Shown here piece after piece: positions 12,781-25,055 of a DNA stretch of 64,000 nt. Source of the DNA: Pseudovirgaria hyperparasitica. Taxonomy: Eukaryota. The stretch lies in NCBI GenBank assembly GCA_010093815.1, contig ML996568.1; one strand, written 5' to 3'. How positions within the stretch are numbered: the first letter of the stretch is position 1; each line of letters starts with the position of its first letter. Under the pieces are notes generated by a model that was not told the DNA's origin, did not search any database, and saw only the letters and a program-made list of their open reading frames with translations. Made by a program: the position numbers and the translations under genes.

Positions 12781-14310
12781 ATGGCCGGCATAACTACCAA
12801 AACGCGTGGATGCGCTACGTGCAGAGGGAGAAGAATAAAGGTTAGCCGTCTGTAGTTGACTCGCTCGGGGTTCCGCACTTCTAATGCCGCTTTCAGTGTG
12901 ACTTACAGAAGCCTTCGTGCAACAACTGTGTTCGCAGCGGCCGAACATGTCAAGGCTACGAAAGGCACGATGTCTTTGTCAATCGCACCGCTGCCGGCAT
13001 GCAAAAGCGTCGACGATTGGAAGAAGTCAAGGATCAGCGCCTCGAAGAGATCAAGAATGCTCTGGTTTCCGGCGCTTTCAGTCAGGCTATGGTCGCTCCA
13101 GCTCCCAGTCCCGACGACCACGTGCACTGGTTCTATAGACATTTCGTCATATCCCGGACCGACCCTCGTTTAACTCAATTCATGAGTCCAGTCATGCAGA
13201 TCACAACACCTGGTCCTCTACTCACGTCTTCGCTGCGCGCCCTCTCCATCATGAAGTTCGGAAGAGCCATCCATGACATCGCTGCCGAACAGCAGGGTCA
13301 GAAGCTCTATGGCCGTTCTCTAGGCAAGCTACGCTTGGCCTTGACCGATGCCACAGCCAGTAAAAGTGATGAGACCCTAGCTTGTGCTGTTGTACTTGGC
13401 CTATTCGAGCTCCTAAATGTCCACCCGAAGTACCAAAGTGGGGGATGGTTCAAGCATATGGTAGGCTTGGGGAGACTCATAGAGCATCGCGGCCCAAAGC
13501 AAAGTCAGAGTCCTGTGTGTCTCGCTATTTTCGAGGTTTGCCGGAACGTACTAGTGGGTAAACCTTCATCAAATGCTGTAACGAGACAAATACTGACACA
13601 CTTTCTAGATGACACGCTGTCTCCTAGATCGCAACAGTTCGGTTTTTGCCCGTCCAGAATGGTTATCAGTGCCATGGCAAGGAAGAACAAAAACACGAGA
13701 CGAAAAGATATGCGACTTCGCCTTCCGCGCTGCTTATTTAATTGACCAAAGTGATCAAGTTCTACCTGGCCCCGAGATCCTTGACGTGGATCTCGACAAT
13801 CTAATTCGGGACTTTACTACTCTCTTCCAAGATGTCCAAAACATGCACCACGATTGCCCTTGTTCGAACTTTGAGCAGCCACATGGTCCAAAGCAACTCG
13901 GGGGACCCGTCGAACCACCAATGAACACCTGGAGCCGTGCCCAATGCTCCTTAGCTATGGGCGTTCAACTAGCTTGCTGCATCATGACTGACACGCCGTA
14001 TCAGATGCTGTTGGAAAGAGGCGATTTCGAGGTCCTTTATGAGTCTGCTACAGTCATAATGCGTGATCGCCAGATGCGTAACGGCCTAGGTAGCTCTATT
14101 ACGCGGCTATGCAAATCTTGCATGCAGAATAAGCCAAGCCCAGGGCCACTTCTACGCATAATGTGGGCATTGAAGCTCGCTTCAGCTCAGCTATCATCCT
14201 GTCCGCTGGAGCGCCAGTCGATAGAATGCGAAGCTGTGTTGCGAAAGGTCATTTACGACTTCCCATCATCGACTGCCAGGCTACAAGACCAAAATCCATC
14301 TCAGGGATGA
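12781..14310 (+). CDS. Zn(II)2Cys6 transcription factor with fungal TF C-terminal domain; exons 12781-12840, 12897-13553, 13609-14310
   Basis: Spliced N-terminus MAGITTKTRGCATCRGRRIK|CDLQKPSCNNCVRSGRTCQGY is a complete C6 binuclear cluster. Middle region LYGRSLGKLRLAL...DETLACAVVLGLFE...WFKHMVGLGRLIEHRGP is typical. Introns 12841-12896 and 13554-13608 are canonical. Confidence 0.9.
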
Positions 14311-14311
14311 T

Positions 14312-16333
14312 TCAGAACATTGCACGAATTAAAGCTCTCTGACCGGTGTGTGGCAAACGTCCTGTCGCGTTGGATGACTGCACAAGCTTCTCATGATGCT
14401 TATTGACGATAAAGCCTATCTTGCCCTCAAAGTTTGAGTTCCTCGTAGTATCTCGTCGTTGACTCCTATCCTTGTTGTGCACCTCTCTCAAATGGATGCG
14501 ATAGGTGAAGGTGGTCTTCCTCGCATCTTCTATGGTCCAACCATGGAGTGGCACGAACGTCCGCACAGTCAAATGCGTCAAACAATTTGCACATCCGCGC
14601 ACGTTCCATCGGCTGAGTACAGGAGTAAGATCTAAAAGCTTGCCATGAGCCCATGTGGAGATCATAAAAGAACCCGCGATACCTGCGCGGCTAACATCAG
14701 GGACTTTTAGTACAGGTGTTGGCTGATTCACTGCTGGATTTTGATTCTCTTGAGCTGCTGATTTGAATGCCGAGCTTATGGGTGGTTCCTCATAGGTGTA
14801 ACCGAGTTTGATGATGTTCACCATATCCTGATACAATGGTAAGCAGCGCACGATGTCAATCGGTGTCTTTAGCATATGACTTACTTCCCCTGTGACAGAT
14901 ACTTCGTGGGGCCAATTAGAGGGAGGCCATTCAGAAGGAGGCCAGCTGTGTGGTGGCCATGTACGGATGGGCCATTCGTACGGAATCGGCGGAGGCAACC
15001 CTGTACTTATATTCCATGTTGATGGAGCTAACACTCCTTCAACCTCCTGTAAGGGACGCTCTACACTCGCCATCACGTCACGATGCTGCATATGTTCAGG
15101 TATGTCACCCTGACAAGGGGCATACTTCCAGGCCTTGAAAGGTTGCAGGGGAAATTTCATATTCAGCCATGCATTATCTGGTGTCCCAGCCGTGGGCCCT
15201 TGCTCATCATTAGACGTAGTTCCGGCGTAGCCATCGATGATATCGAGAAAATCGAGTCGATCGTGGCGTTTTTGCCATTGCCAGAAGAGTAAATCGATAA
15301 ATGAGTGATGGAAGAAGAAAATAGGATCAAACGATGCAGTGTTATTTTCGCCCATGTCGCCGTTGGCGCCCGCAATGGCATTTACATTTCGCTTTCCCAA
15401 AAACTCGAATCCTCCAATGGCAAGATGAATTCCATTATGAGGGTCTTCAAGTGAGACGGCGATTGTGGTCTCGCTTCCGTCGAAGGTCCTTTGCGTACTT
15501 GACTTGGAGGTGTCGAAATGATCCTCGTTCCATTTACTCGAGGAGGTTGTGTTCGAGAACACCGTATAGTTTGGCGCCTCAAGACATCTCTCGAACTTGA
15601 GGCGAACTCCCGTATATACATTCTCGTCAACCCAATTTCTTACTGACCCACCCAGCCAGTTGACCACGTTCTCGTTCAACGCGCGATTCGTAGACTCTTC
15701 GCCTCTAGCCCTCATCCTAGAGTTGTGCTCCGTAGTCGCTGCCCTATCTCTTTCTCCCACCAGCCCGGAGAAAGGATATCGTACGGTCTCGTATCCCTCA
15801 TCCTTGTCATAGCTATGACCAGGCTTCGTTTGTATATTGTTACGAATACGAGCCTGGAATTTGTAAGAGAACAATGGATTATGGATCTCGGTGCCGTCTA
15901 GTGGGAATTTGCGCATCAGAAACACGCCGGGAAGGCCGTTCTTCTCGGTCACTTCGTCGACTTCATTCCAGTACGGCAATGTGACTTGTTCGCAGCCCTC
16001 GATCGATCGGAGCGCATTTTCAAGCTCAAGGAGATAGGCTCGATGCCAGACAGGAAACAAAACGTTTCCATGGTTGCAGTAACCACCCCAGTATCGCGCG
16101 TCACTCCGTCCAGCTCCACGAAATGGCTCCCCATGATAACTTGTGATGCGGAAATACGACCTCGGATGGTTTGGCGGAAGCTCTTGAATCCCTTTGAACG
16201 CGCGTATGAGATCCTCCAGAGGTTTCTTCAAATCTGCAGCCCCTTCTAAAGATGGTTCCTCTACGCCACGTCTCCAATCTGCCTCGAGCTTCCGGATGTC
16301 TCTCCGCACTCGGAGCGGCTGAATTCGAGTCAT
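14312..16333 (-). CDS. Cytosolic fungal pro-tyrosinase (type-3 copper; MelB-like) with C-terminal CxxC shield domain; probable 57-nt intron at 14828-14884
   Basis: CuA region HGEPFRG...YWGGYCNHGNVLFPVWHRAYL, CuB region HNGIHLAIGG...FDPIFFFHHSFID, LGYTY motif and C-terminal CANCLTH. The first ATG is at 16333 (the track start at 16363 is TTG). Removing the in-frame intron GTAAGT...CAG restores VTGE|DMVNIIKLGYTY. Confidence 0.9.
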   Translation of the reverse strand: MTRIQPLRVRRDIRKLEADWRRGVEEPSLEGAADLKKPLEDLIRAFKGIQELPPNHPRSYFRITSYHGEPFRGAGRSDARYWGGYCNHGNVLFPVWHRAYLLELENALRSIEGCEQVTLPYWNEVDEVTEKNGLPGVFLMRKFPLDGTEIHNPLFSYKFQARIRNNIQTKPGHSYDKDEGYETVRYPFSGLVGERDRAATTEHNSRMRARGEESTNRALNENVVNWLGGSVRNWVDENVYTGVRLKFERCLEAPNYTVFSNTTSSSKWNEDHFDTSKSSTQRTFDGSETTIAVSLEDPHNGIHLAIGGFEFLGKRNVNAIAGANGDMGENNTASFDPIFFFHHSFIDLLFWQWQKRHDRLDFLDIIDGYAGTTSNDEQGPTAGTPDNAWLNMKFPLQPFKAWKYAPCQGDIPEHMQHRDVMASVERPLQEVEGVLAPSTWNISTGLPPPIPYEWPIRTWPPHSWPPSEWPPSNWPHEVSVTGEVSHMLKTPIDIVRCLPLYQDMVNIIKLGYTYEEPPISSAFKSAAQENQNPAVNQPTPVLKVPDVSRAGIAGSFMISTWAHGKLLDLTPVLSRWNVRGCANCLTHLTVRTFVPLHGWTIEDARKTTFTYRIHLREVHNKDRSQRRDTTRNSNFEGKIGFIVNKHHEKLVQSSNATGRLPHTGQRALIRAMF
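14902..14977 (-). repeat. 15-bp period coding tandem repeat (5 copies) encoding xWPPx pentads inside the tyrosinase
   Basis: GGCCA recurs on the + strand at 14910, 14925, 14940, 14955 and 14970. Protein: EWPIR-TWPPH-SWPPS-EWPPS-NWPHE. Confidence 0.85.
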
Positions 16334-17874
16334 CAGGAATCGTTCGTATTCATTGTAATGCAACTAGACAATGATCCTGCTTTTTACACCCCTTGCGACA
16401 AGACTCGTCGTCAAATCACTCGTCATCATAGCTCATGCTTTGGCCTTGAAAGACTTCGCGCTGTGGCTTCACCAAGTCAGAGCTGAAGTCTTTGAGGTCC
16501 TCAACGATCGACCTATGAAATATTCTCCGATGTGTATTAGCGAGCCGCCCCATGCATTGGTACTTTAGCCTCTTTGACGTTCACTAGCAAGAACATACAT
16601 AACCCTTTTCTGGGATCGCTCGCAACAACAACCTGAGGCTGAACCCTCGATTGGTCGCAAAGCACAAACAACTTCGGATTGCTTGGCGATCCCTAAGATT
16701 GGATCTCTCTGCAACTGACAAATCGATTCGCACACCGACTTTAGGACGACGCTAATAGTTCTACGCATGCATGAGAACAACCGACTTTTCCTAGATTGGT
16801 CTCGTGCATTCTCTTTGTACTATTTCACAACCTAGTCGGACATTCGTAATTCCGAGAAGTGAAAAAAGGATCGAGAATCAAGCAGCTACTTTCAAGGTTT
16901 CAGTCTCTGCATACAGTCTTGGTTCATGAGGCTGTAACGACGTCATACAGGGGGCCAGATTGGTTGATGGCGTCGTCATATAAGATTTGCTATCTTTCAG
17001 ATTGCAACTGCCTGTGCATCGTTCATCAACGACTATACATCCTATACAGTTTACGCGCCTTCCCTTTCGGTCCAACATATTCTTGGTCACCCCCCTGTTT
17101 GTTGTATTATCATGAACAACGCGAACGACACCAATGCATCCATACTATAGCTCTCGGGCCAGTCAGGATATAAATGCTTCGCATCCAATGAGCAGGCTAA
17201 GCATAGCTATCACAAATAGAGACACCCATAGATATGTCAAAACCAAACTTAGTCTTTGCTATAGGAATGACCAATTAGAAATATATCAAGATCGAGAGAT
17301 GCAAAGGATAGAGGGATGCGATTGTTACCCTGCTGAGTTCCAATACGAGGACGGACTGGTAAAATAATAACGTTATGCACTTTTTACAGTGTAAGTCAAG
17401 TCTATAACGCCAGGTTTGAAAAGGACAGAAAAACACTTTGTATTCAGATAGTCTCAAGAATTCTGTACTACCTGTCCTGAGATTCTGTTCTATATGGCCT
17501 CTTTGAATAGCTTCATGTGTTTACCTACCATACTAATTCGCTGAGTATCGTAGTCAAGAGCCACGACAAGTATGTATTTCCTAGGCACCTGGCAGTAATG
17601 TCTCAGCATCGAACTGAAGATGTTGCTTATTTGTGCTATATACTCATCCCAGACTGTAAGCTCGACTGGGATATAATTTGAACGTCGGATGTTTATCGAA
17701 TGTAAGTACTGATGCAGGATTGGCCTTAAGCCGAGTGCTAGAGAGACAATGACCTCTATGATAATGTACATGTTCATTCGGGGAGGTAAACTGCGCACGA
17801 GATCTGAATAGCAGTATCTCGGATGCACGTTATGTACAAAGAAGCAAGGTAGTTTACATGGGGTGGAGTTGTTC

Positions 17875-19498
17875 TTATGGAACATAGTCCTTGTTAAAAA
17901 ATCTATTCTTCATAAGAGTCGATCGGAGGTCACGGTTAGGGCGAAGAAGGGTCTGGATATTGTGTGCCTCTCTCAAATTCTTGATGGTATGCGCCGGTAA
18001 TCTCGTCCTGCTTGATAAGACGATAGCTCCGGTGAGTAGAGCCAGACTGCCAGCCTGGTGCAGCGACGCGAGCCACGTAGGAACAAGATAGATGAGTGTG
18101 CTGATGCCAAGCGTAGCTTGAAGTGTTACAAGATAGGCCATGCCAAGTATAGCTCTATGACAGCCTTTGGGAATGACATGGCGGTTATTGGCGAATCGTG
18201 AGAACGCAAAGAGGGCCATGACGGCGGTGAAGGTCGTCGTTGCCAACATGCGGTGTTCCAGTTGTACCAGAGAGGGGTTCTCAAGCATATTTCGCCACCA
18301 GAGATCAGAGTTGTCGGGTCTGTGACTGTAGAAAGGATCGAAGAGCTCCTTCTTCGGCGGTGTAAAGCCTTGGCCCATGTGCGGAAATTCGTTGTAGATT
18401 AGCCCAGCATCAAGACCGGCCACAAGACCACCCGACATCGCAGTCGTGAATATAAGACCAATAAGTGCCACACTCAAGTTCTGAAACAGTCGTAGTCGTG
18501 GGCGTACACTGTGCTTCCCGAGCACCGCCAGGCGCTTCGATCTTTCAATGAGGAGCATATAGAACCAGCGCCTTTCCCTAAGAATATCGAGACCAGAGGC
18601 GACCATCGAAGCGTATACCAAGAACGCAGTACCAAGATGTGCGGTCAAGCGGTATTGACTGACACGAGGATGGCTCCCTGATGCAAAGAGATCGTCCTTG
18701 AGACCACTCTTGACCATCCACCATCCAAGGAATCCTTGGAAGCCAATCAGACCAGATATACCGACCAAACGGACCGCCATTCGAGCGGACACCATGCCTC
18801 TTGCTATAAAGTATGCCGTAGGAACTATAAAAGTGACTCCGATCACTCGACCCCACAGTCTGTGGCCCCATTCCATCCAGTATATTTGTTTGAACTCGTC
18901 GAGGGTCATTCGGGGATTGAGTAGCTGGAACTCAGGCGAATCTCGATATTTGGAGAACTCAGACCCCCAAGCCTCAGCTGACATGGGCGGTAGGGATCCT
19001 GCTACGGGCCGCCATTCTGTAATACTGAGCCTAGGAAGATTTTAGACTATGACCTTGAAGGGACACTGTATGGACATACCCGGACTCGGTAAGACGAGTG
19101 AGCCCTCCAAAAACCACTATGCCGAAGACACTTGCTGCGCTTCCAAGCAGCCAGTATGCCACAATCTTATCGCTGACGGTAGGAAAATGTTTCTTGCTGC
19201 GGGATTGTCCATCATCGCGGAAATTCGGTTTTGCTTTGTGCGCTTGTGTGCTGACGTTCCGTACTATTCGATTGGGCGTCGGGATTACTCGCGACTTCCC
19301 TTGCAAAGCATTGACAGTTATAAGTTGAGGCCGGCGCCCAGACAGGCTCTTCGCAAGATGCGCGGTTGATCGCTGGTTGATACGTCCAAGCACGGGATTG
19401 AAGGCTGCATTTACCCTTGCCAGACACCTGCTGCATTCGTTGAAGCTTCGCGGAGTAGCAGATCGCAGGTGCGGAAAGGTGGTGAAAGTCGATGCCAT
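17875..19498 (-). CDS. COX15: Heme A synthase Cox15; exons 19498-19080, 19030-17875
   Basis: Arg/Ser-rich mitochondrial presequence, then GIVVFGGLTRLTESG|LSITEWRPV, YWMEWGHRLWGR, HPRVSQYRLTAHLG, GLDAGLIYNEFP and LASLHQ. Intron 19079-19031 is GTATGT...TAG. Confidence 0.96.
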
Positions 19499-20176
19499 TG
19501 ACGATGCTGCCCGCCGCAACAGCGTGTGTTGTATAGAATCTTGAACAGAGGGACGTTGGAGCACCAAAGTCAAGGATGAGCTAATCGATATTCGACTGAC
19601 CCAGATTGGCGACTGGCGATTGGCTTAGCAATAATACATAGTGACACTGTGGGAGCGATATCAAGGGTCTGTGTGTGACTACGTCTGCATCTGTGCGTGA
19701 CTGCGTCTACGTAACCCACAACCCATCCATCATCCATCAGAAAGGGAAAGGAGAGGGCACGCGGGCGACCGTTACACTAGACTATGGCGCCCCTTGCCTA
19801 CCTCACCTGCCTAGTTCCCTATATGCAGCCCATCTTACCCTTACCTTACTTAGTAGCCCCGCTCGCAGCTGATACTCCGTCATGCCTACACTATCCATGA
19901 TTGTGCCTCGTGCTTTATCGTGCAAAACACCCCGTTGGTCTGGCACCTCTCTTGGACCTTGATTCTTCTCTCCAATCCCTCTTCCAATGTACATCTGTGG
20001 CTCCTATATCGACTGCCACTAGAGTGTGCTTATAGTTTCGCGTTCTGTATCGTCGTTTCTGCCAACGAGTCCTCCATATCCTATCCGTCCGACCTTACCC
20101 TGTGTTTTGTATCGCTACCATAGCCACATGACACACTCGTCATTCTCCTCGCTTCGCACGATAACACCCGACAACG

Positions 20177-23087
20177 ATGCTGGAAGATGCACAAGAGTAT
20201 GAGATACTAGACAACATGGCACGACAGAGTCCTCCAGGACCAACAGGGTCAGGCCTAGCCAGTGCCTCTGGTCAGACTTTGACGAGCGGAGAACGAAGTA
20301 TACCCTCGCGCTCGGGACCTCTCACCAGCAATCCGCCATCCATATTTTCCGCTGGACCTCCTGTTCCCCCAACTCTCACAGTCGAGTCTCCATCGTCAAG
20401 CTCAACTTCCTCACGTACCCTTACAGCCCTATCACGCCCTTCCACGAACCCAGGCCGCAGAACCACGCGCTTCGACGGTCCCTTGACTGAAGATGAGAGC
20501 AGTGCAGAGAACCCGATCCCACGAGCAGAAAAAGATGCAGATGATCCCACTACACCTTTGACGCATACTCGCTCCTACGACCGTTCGAGAGAGTACACAA
20601 CGTTGACAACTCTGAGCAAACTGTTCGCTGCCAATTTTTCTCCCGAGTCGTCTCGACAACCTTCGTACACCAGGTCTATCACAGCTCTCTGTCCTCGGCG
20701 TAAGTTGAAAGTGGCTCATGTGGCTGTGAAAACACTGCTTATGACTTCTAGCCCTTATAAATGAATCTGCCTCTCTTCCCGACCACCTCTATACCAGAGG
20801 CCTTCTCGAAGGTCGACATTCGGATATATCTGTGTGCGCTTTCGGTCGTAAATATCCCCTCCATAGAATTATACTTGACCGCGCACCATTCTTCACTACA
20901 GCATTGTCGGAGCCCTGGATTGAGAGCACAGCGAAAGAGATAACGCTTCACCCCGACGAGATAGATCCAAGCATTACACAGAACTCATTTGAGCTTGCCT
21001 TGAAACGATTATATGGTTGCAAGGTTACCGAAGAGGAGGAGGAAGCGGAAGCTGTCGGGCTATTCGCCACAGGATGCTGGCTCGAAATGCAAGGTTTGGT
21101 AGATTCGAGTATCGACGCCATCCTACGACAAATGAGCCCAGAAACCCTTTCGCCGCTTGTCAGACTAGTGACAGCTAATTATTATGGTCAGTCAGGAGAG
21201 CGTATTCTTTCGTCTGCCAAGTCGATGCTGTGTAGAGACGGGTGGGAAATGCCTCTGCGCTACTGGGACGGAATTCCAGGGGACATAATCCGAGAGATCA
21301 TCGGGGGTGATGGCTTCTTTGTTGACAGTGAATGGGCACGTTGGGTACTGGCAAAGAGGATTCTAGACCGAAGACTTCGCCAGCAAGCTATTGAAGCCGG
21401 TCTTTTAGAATCTGGAAAGCGAACAGACATCCGAGCCCCTGAAACCATCGGGCTCATGGCTGTAAGATTCGATGCTGTGTATCGTCGAAATGCAATCACG
21501 ACTGGCCGACAGACGCCGGACAGCCACGCACAGTGGGAGTCTCTCTACACTAACCCTGAAGTTGAGCCTCTCCTGGTCCTACTTGATGAAGGGATCCATT
21601 ACGTTCACCTCGACTTTGAGCAGTTGCAGTACATACGTGAAGCTCGCGACGCTTTTGGACTACCTGTAATGCCGGAGAAGGTCATTACAAATGCCTTATG
21701 GATGCAGATGGAGCTACGCCAGAAAGTTCTCAATGCCCAAGATCAGGACCTTGAGCTCGGAATAAGCAAACCTGCCTATGAACAAAATTTGACCGGGTCA
21801 AGTTCTCAAGCGTTAATCGAACATTCGGATTCTATGAAAGGTAAATCAACAATCAATAGCAGAAACAATGGTGTCTCGGATGACATGGAATCTGGTAGCT
21901 GGGACAGCAACGGAAGACCTCGCAAATTCTGGATTCCGAGTGCCGACTGCAACATCGTAATGGGTGGAAACGCAGAGCCAGTTGTTACCACTTCCAACAA
22001 TGTACATCGCCAAGCCAGCAGATTGTCTGCAAGCATGCAACCTGAAGATGCTCAATGGGCCACCGACTTCGTATCATCCCCAACGAATGCTACTAATCCT
22101 GATGGCACTGCTCGAACAACGACTCATATCCCAGGACGGCCTGCCTCAGCTGGCGGCAGTAACGCTGGCCAGCCCAAGCCAATATCGTATACCCACTTCC
22201 CTCCATTTCGTTTCGCTGCCGAATTCCCCAACCCACGCCTGTTGAAGGAGAAGAAAAGAGTCTACTCACGGACTGTCTTCTACGCAGGTAGTCTTTGGAA
22301 TATCTACATACAGAAAGTCCGCTCCAGTAAGAACGCACAGCTCGGCGTCTACCTTCACCGTGCCAAAGAACGAGAAACAGAGGAAATCCTCGCAGGTACT
22401 GCAGGCTTCTCTCAAGGTAGCGTCGACGAGCGCATCGGGCTGCTCGAACGCCAAATGCTCCTCCGCAGCGAGCGCCGTCGTGGTCGTCCGATGATGAGTC
22501 CTCACCAAGATCACTCCAGTATGGTAGCTGGCGAAGACGATACCAGCGGTAGTGGTGGTGATCTCGATTCACCTCAGATCATTGGTTCTTCATCTCGTCC
22601 CCGCCGCAGACCCGCGGTCGATCACCAGCCCAGCTACAACTCCCATCAGGGGCTTGACTACAGGAACAAAGCTTCGAAAGCAGATGCACTATTCAGTACC
22701 ACAGGCGAAGAGTCCGATGACTCTTCGACCTTGGAACCAGACCTTCCAGATCCATCCGCGCGGAGAAATCGTGCTGGCGCTACTTTGCCGCCTTACGTCG
22801 ACGCGAGACCCACGATTAAAACATACTTCAAGATTTACTCGCCGTCGAAAGGCGGCCGCCTGTTGAGTGTGTACGAGAGTGCGCCTGACAAATTCAATTT
22901 CAGTCAGAGTTGGGGCTGGAAGAGCAGCACGCTGATGCTGGACGAGGGTATGGGTACAAGTGGACCAAACACAAGCCCTGGGCTAGACGGAGACGAGGCT
23001 GATGGTGAGAATGATATCGAGTTCCAGAAGAGCAGGCAAAGGAGCGATGGCAAGCTGAGATTCATGGTGGTGATTGGGAATTTATAG
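20177..23087 (+). CDS. BTB/POZ-domain protein with C-terminal MATH-like region (fission-yeast Btb2-like); exons 20177(or 20216)-20699, 20752-23087
   Basis: Intron 20700-20751 (GTAAGT...TAG) gives LPDHLYTRGLLEGRHSDISVCAFGRKYPLHRIILDRAPFF, a BTB start. Later segments PPFRFAAEF...RVYSRTVFYAGSLWNIYIQK and FNFSQSWGWKSS are MATH-like. The start codon is ambiguous. Confidence 0.85.
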
Positions 23088-23653
23088 ATTTCGGTGCTTT
23101 TGTGTAGCCTTGGTGTACGGATGGGTCCCAGAATGCACGCATGATAACATGATGGTCATAGGAGTATCGGTCCGCACTATACCCTGTACATTAGCTCTCC
23201 TTTCGCATTTCACTCGCACTGGCATCGATCAGGCGTCTTTACCAATGATGCATTATGACCATTTTATCCAGTAAGCTCAGAACATGATCCGTAAAGGTAT
23301 ATTGTACAGAAGGTCCACGTTAGAGTATCTATCGTCGCATGGGAGCCCTGATATGCGCAAAATTGTACAGGTTCAGTGGAGAGAGTAGAGTATGCCAGGC
23401 CCTGTTCGCGAACGGCTGTCGTCCTTAGGGCGCAGAACCGAGCAGCATAGCTGTCTGCAATTGCTCGAAATTGCTCACGCAGCATCCTACACCAAACGCC
23501 TTTGTAAATGCCCTCTTCCTCATACTGCTTGTCCTGTGCCGTCTATTATGCCATGGACTTGGCAGGCTGCTCCATCTCATCCCTCATTCACAGCCCCCCA
23601 AACATCTCCTCCAGCCTCACCGCGCCCATCCTCCTCCTGATTCCATCTTCGAT

Positions 23654-24304
23654 TCACGCGATCGCCCGCGCACTCTCTGGCGGTGGTGGCGGGGCCTCCA
23701 GTTTCGTGCCCTCGGCCATCATGCGCTGAAACCCGATGCCCACACCCTCAATCACAGCGAGCAGAATCGCGCAACCGATCGCACCGTTGCGTACTGCTTT
23801 GAGACCGCCACGCACAGCGAGTGCGCCGCCTGTGAAGCCACCGGCGATGATGGCGTTCCACGGATCTTCCTTTTTGCGGTAGCCTTTGACGGCGCAATCA
23901 AATGTGCTGAAGAGACCGCCCCAGACGCCGAAGTTGCCACCGAGGACGGGTGAGCGGGCCTTTATTGCTGTGAGGGCTGGTATAGGTGGTTAGTTTGGGT
24001 GTCGGATTGCGGATGAAAGAAAGGGGGCGGGGCTCTAAGTACCGCCTATTCGTCGCTCGCCGAGAGGACTGTTTCTGAATCCTTTTACACCGTGCCATAC
24101 TATCTGATTGTGAGTATTTTAGATGGGGTCGTATGCGTTGTTTGTTGTACCTGCGCCGCCTATCGCCTGTGAGAGCTTTGGTTAGCATCTGTCTTTTGCC
24201 CATCACGGCGGCGACTGAGGACGAAAGGCACATACACCCATACAGAAAGCACCGCCAAAGTCATTCAATGCCACCCAGGGGCACGGGTCTCGTGTGTGAT
24301 CCAT
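23654..24304 (-). CDS. TIM17: Mitochondrial inner-membrane translocase subunit Tim17; exons 24304-24236, 24166-24151 (16-nt micro-exon), 24099-24043, 23976-23654
   Basis: Manual splice gives [93 protein letters not shown]..., the canonical Tim17 sequence. Confidence 0.97.
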
Positions 24305-25055
24305 ACTGTGATGTGTGGGAGATGGACAGGGAGGTCCAAAGGGAGGTGTGTTGGTGGGACTCGAGGATTGCTAGGATTATATGGCGCGTCCTGAGATCCC
24401 AAAGAATAGGTTTGGGGAATGAGAGAAGAGAAGAGAGCCGCGAGATGTTGTATGTGTGAGTGAGAGGATGAAGTGTCGGATTGGATGGAAGTCGTGTTTC
24501 AGGTGACGATGCTGGAGAAAAAGTTGAAAGAGGCGTTTGGACGGATGCGGATTAGCGAGCACCGCCACGTATGAATAAGCCACTCGTGATTAAGCCACTC
24601 ATGCCACAATAGATCTCCCTGACCCATCTCTAATCGAATATTCTTGTTCACTTTGACTTGAGATCCTCATAGCATGAGTGGTCGTATGGAAAGATACATA
24701 CTATTCATATTTAATCTAAGCATATACTAAGATAAATCTTCTCGCTAGATTCTCTAGTTACCGTATGTTACGGTATGTATCAGATCTTTGTTTTCCGAAC
24801 GCCGCGGCCTCTAGCGTAGACTTGACTGTCAGCTATACTGATGATAGCTCCGATAGTGATTATAGGGTGTCTAAGAAGATGAATGCAAAGTGAGTCCTTG
24901 TACTATCGTTAGTTTGGACGATAATACAATCAGTATTTGTATAAGTGAGTTTTAAAGAGCATTGACTACTATCTATCGGAACTGATAATACCCCAGACTC
25001 AGCATATATCAGGTCTTCCGCCGAGTAAGCATACAAGCCTGACCTAGGCAGGCCT

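Noticed and set aside
17490..17885. 131-aa minus-strand ORF overlapping the COX15 stop
   Set aside because: No recognisable domain and atypical composition; lies in the expected COX15 3'UTR.
23471..23953. 160-aa plus-strand ORF
   Set aside because: Antisense to TIM17 exon 4, non-ATG start, no independent motif.
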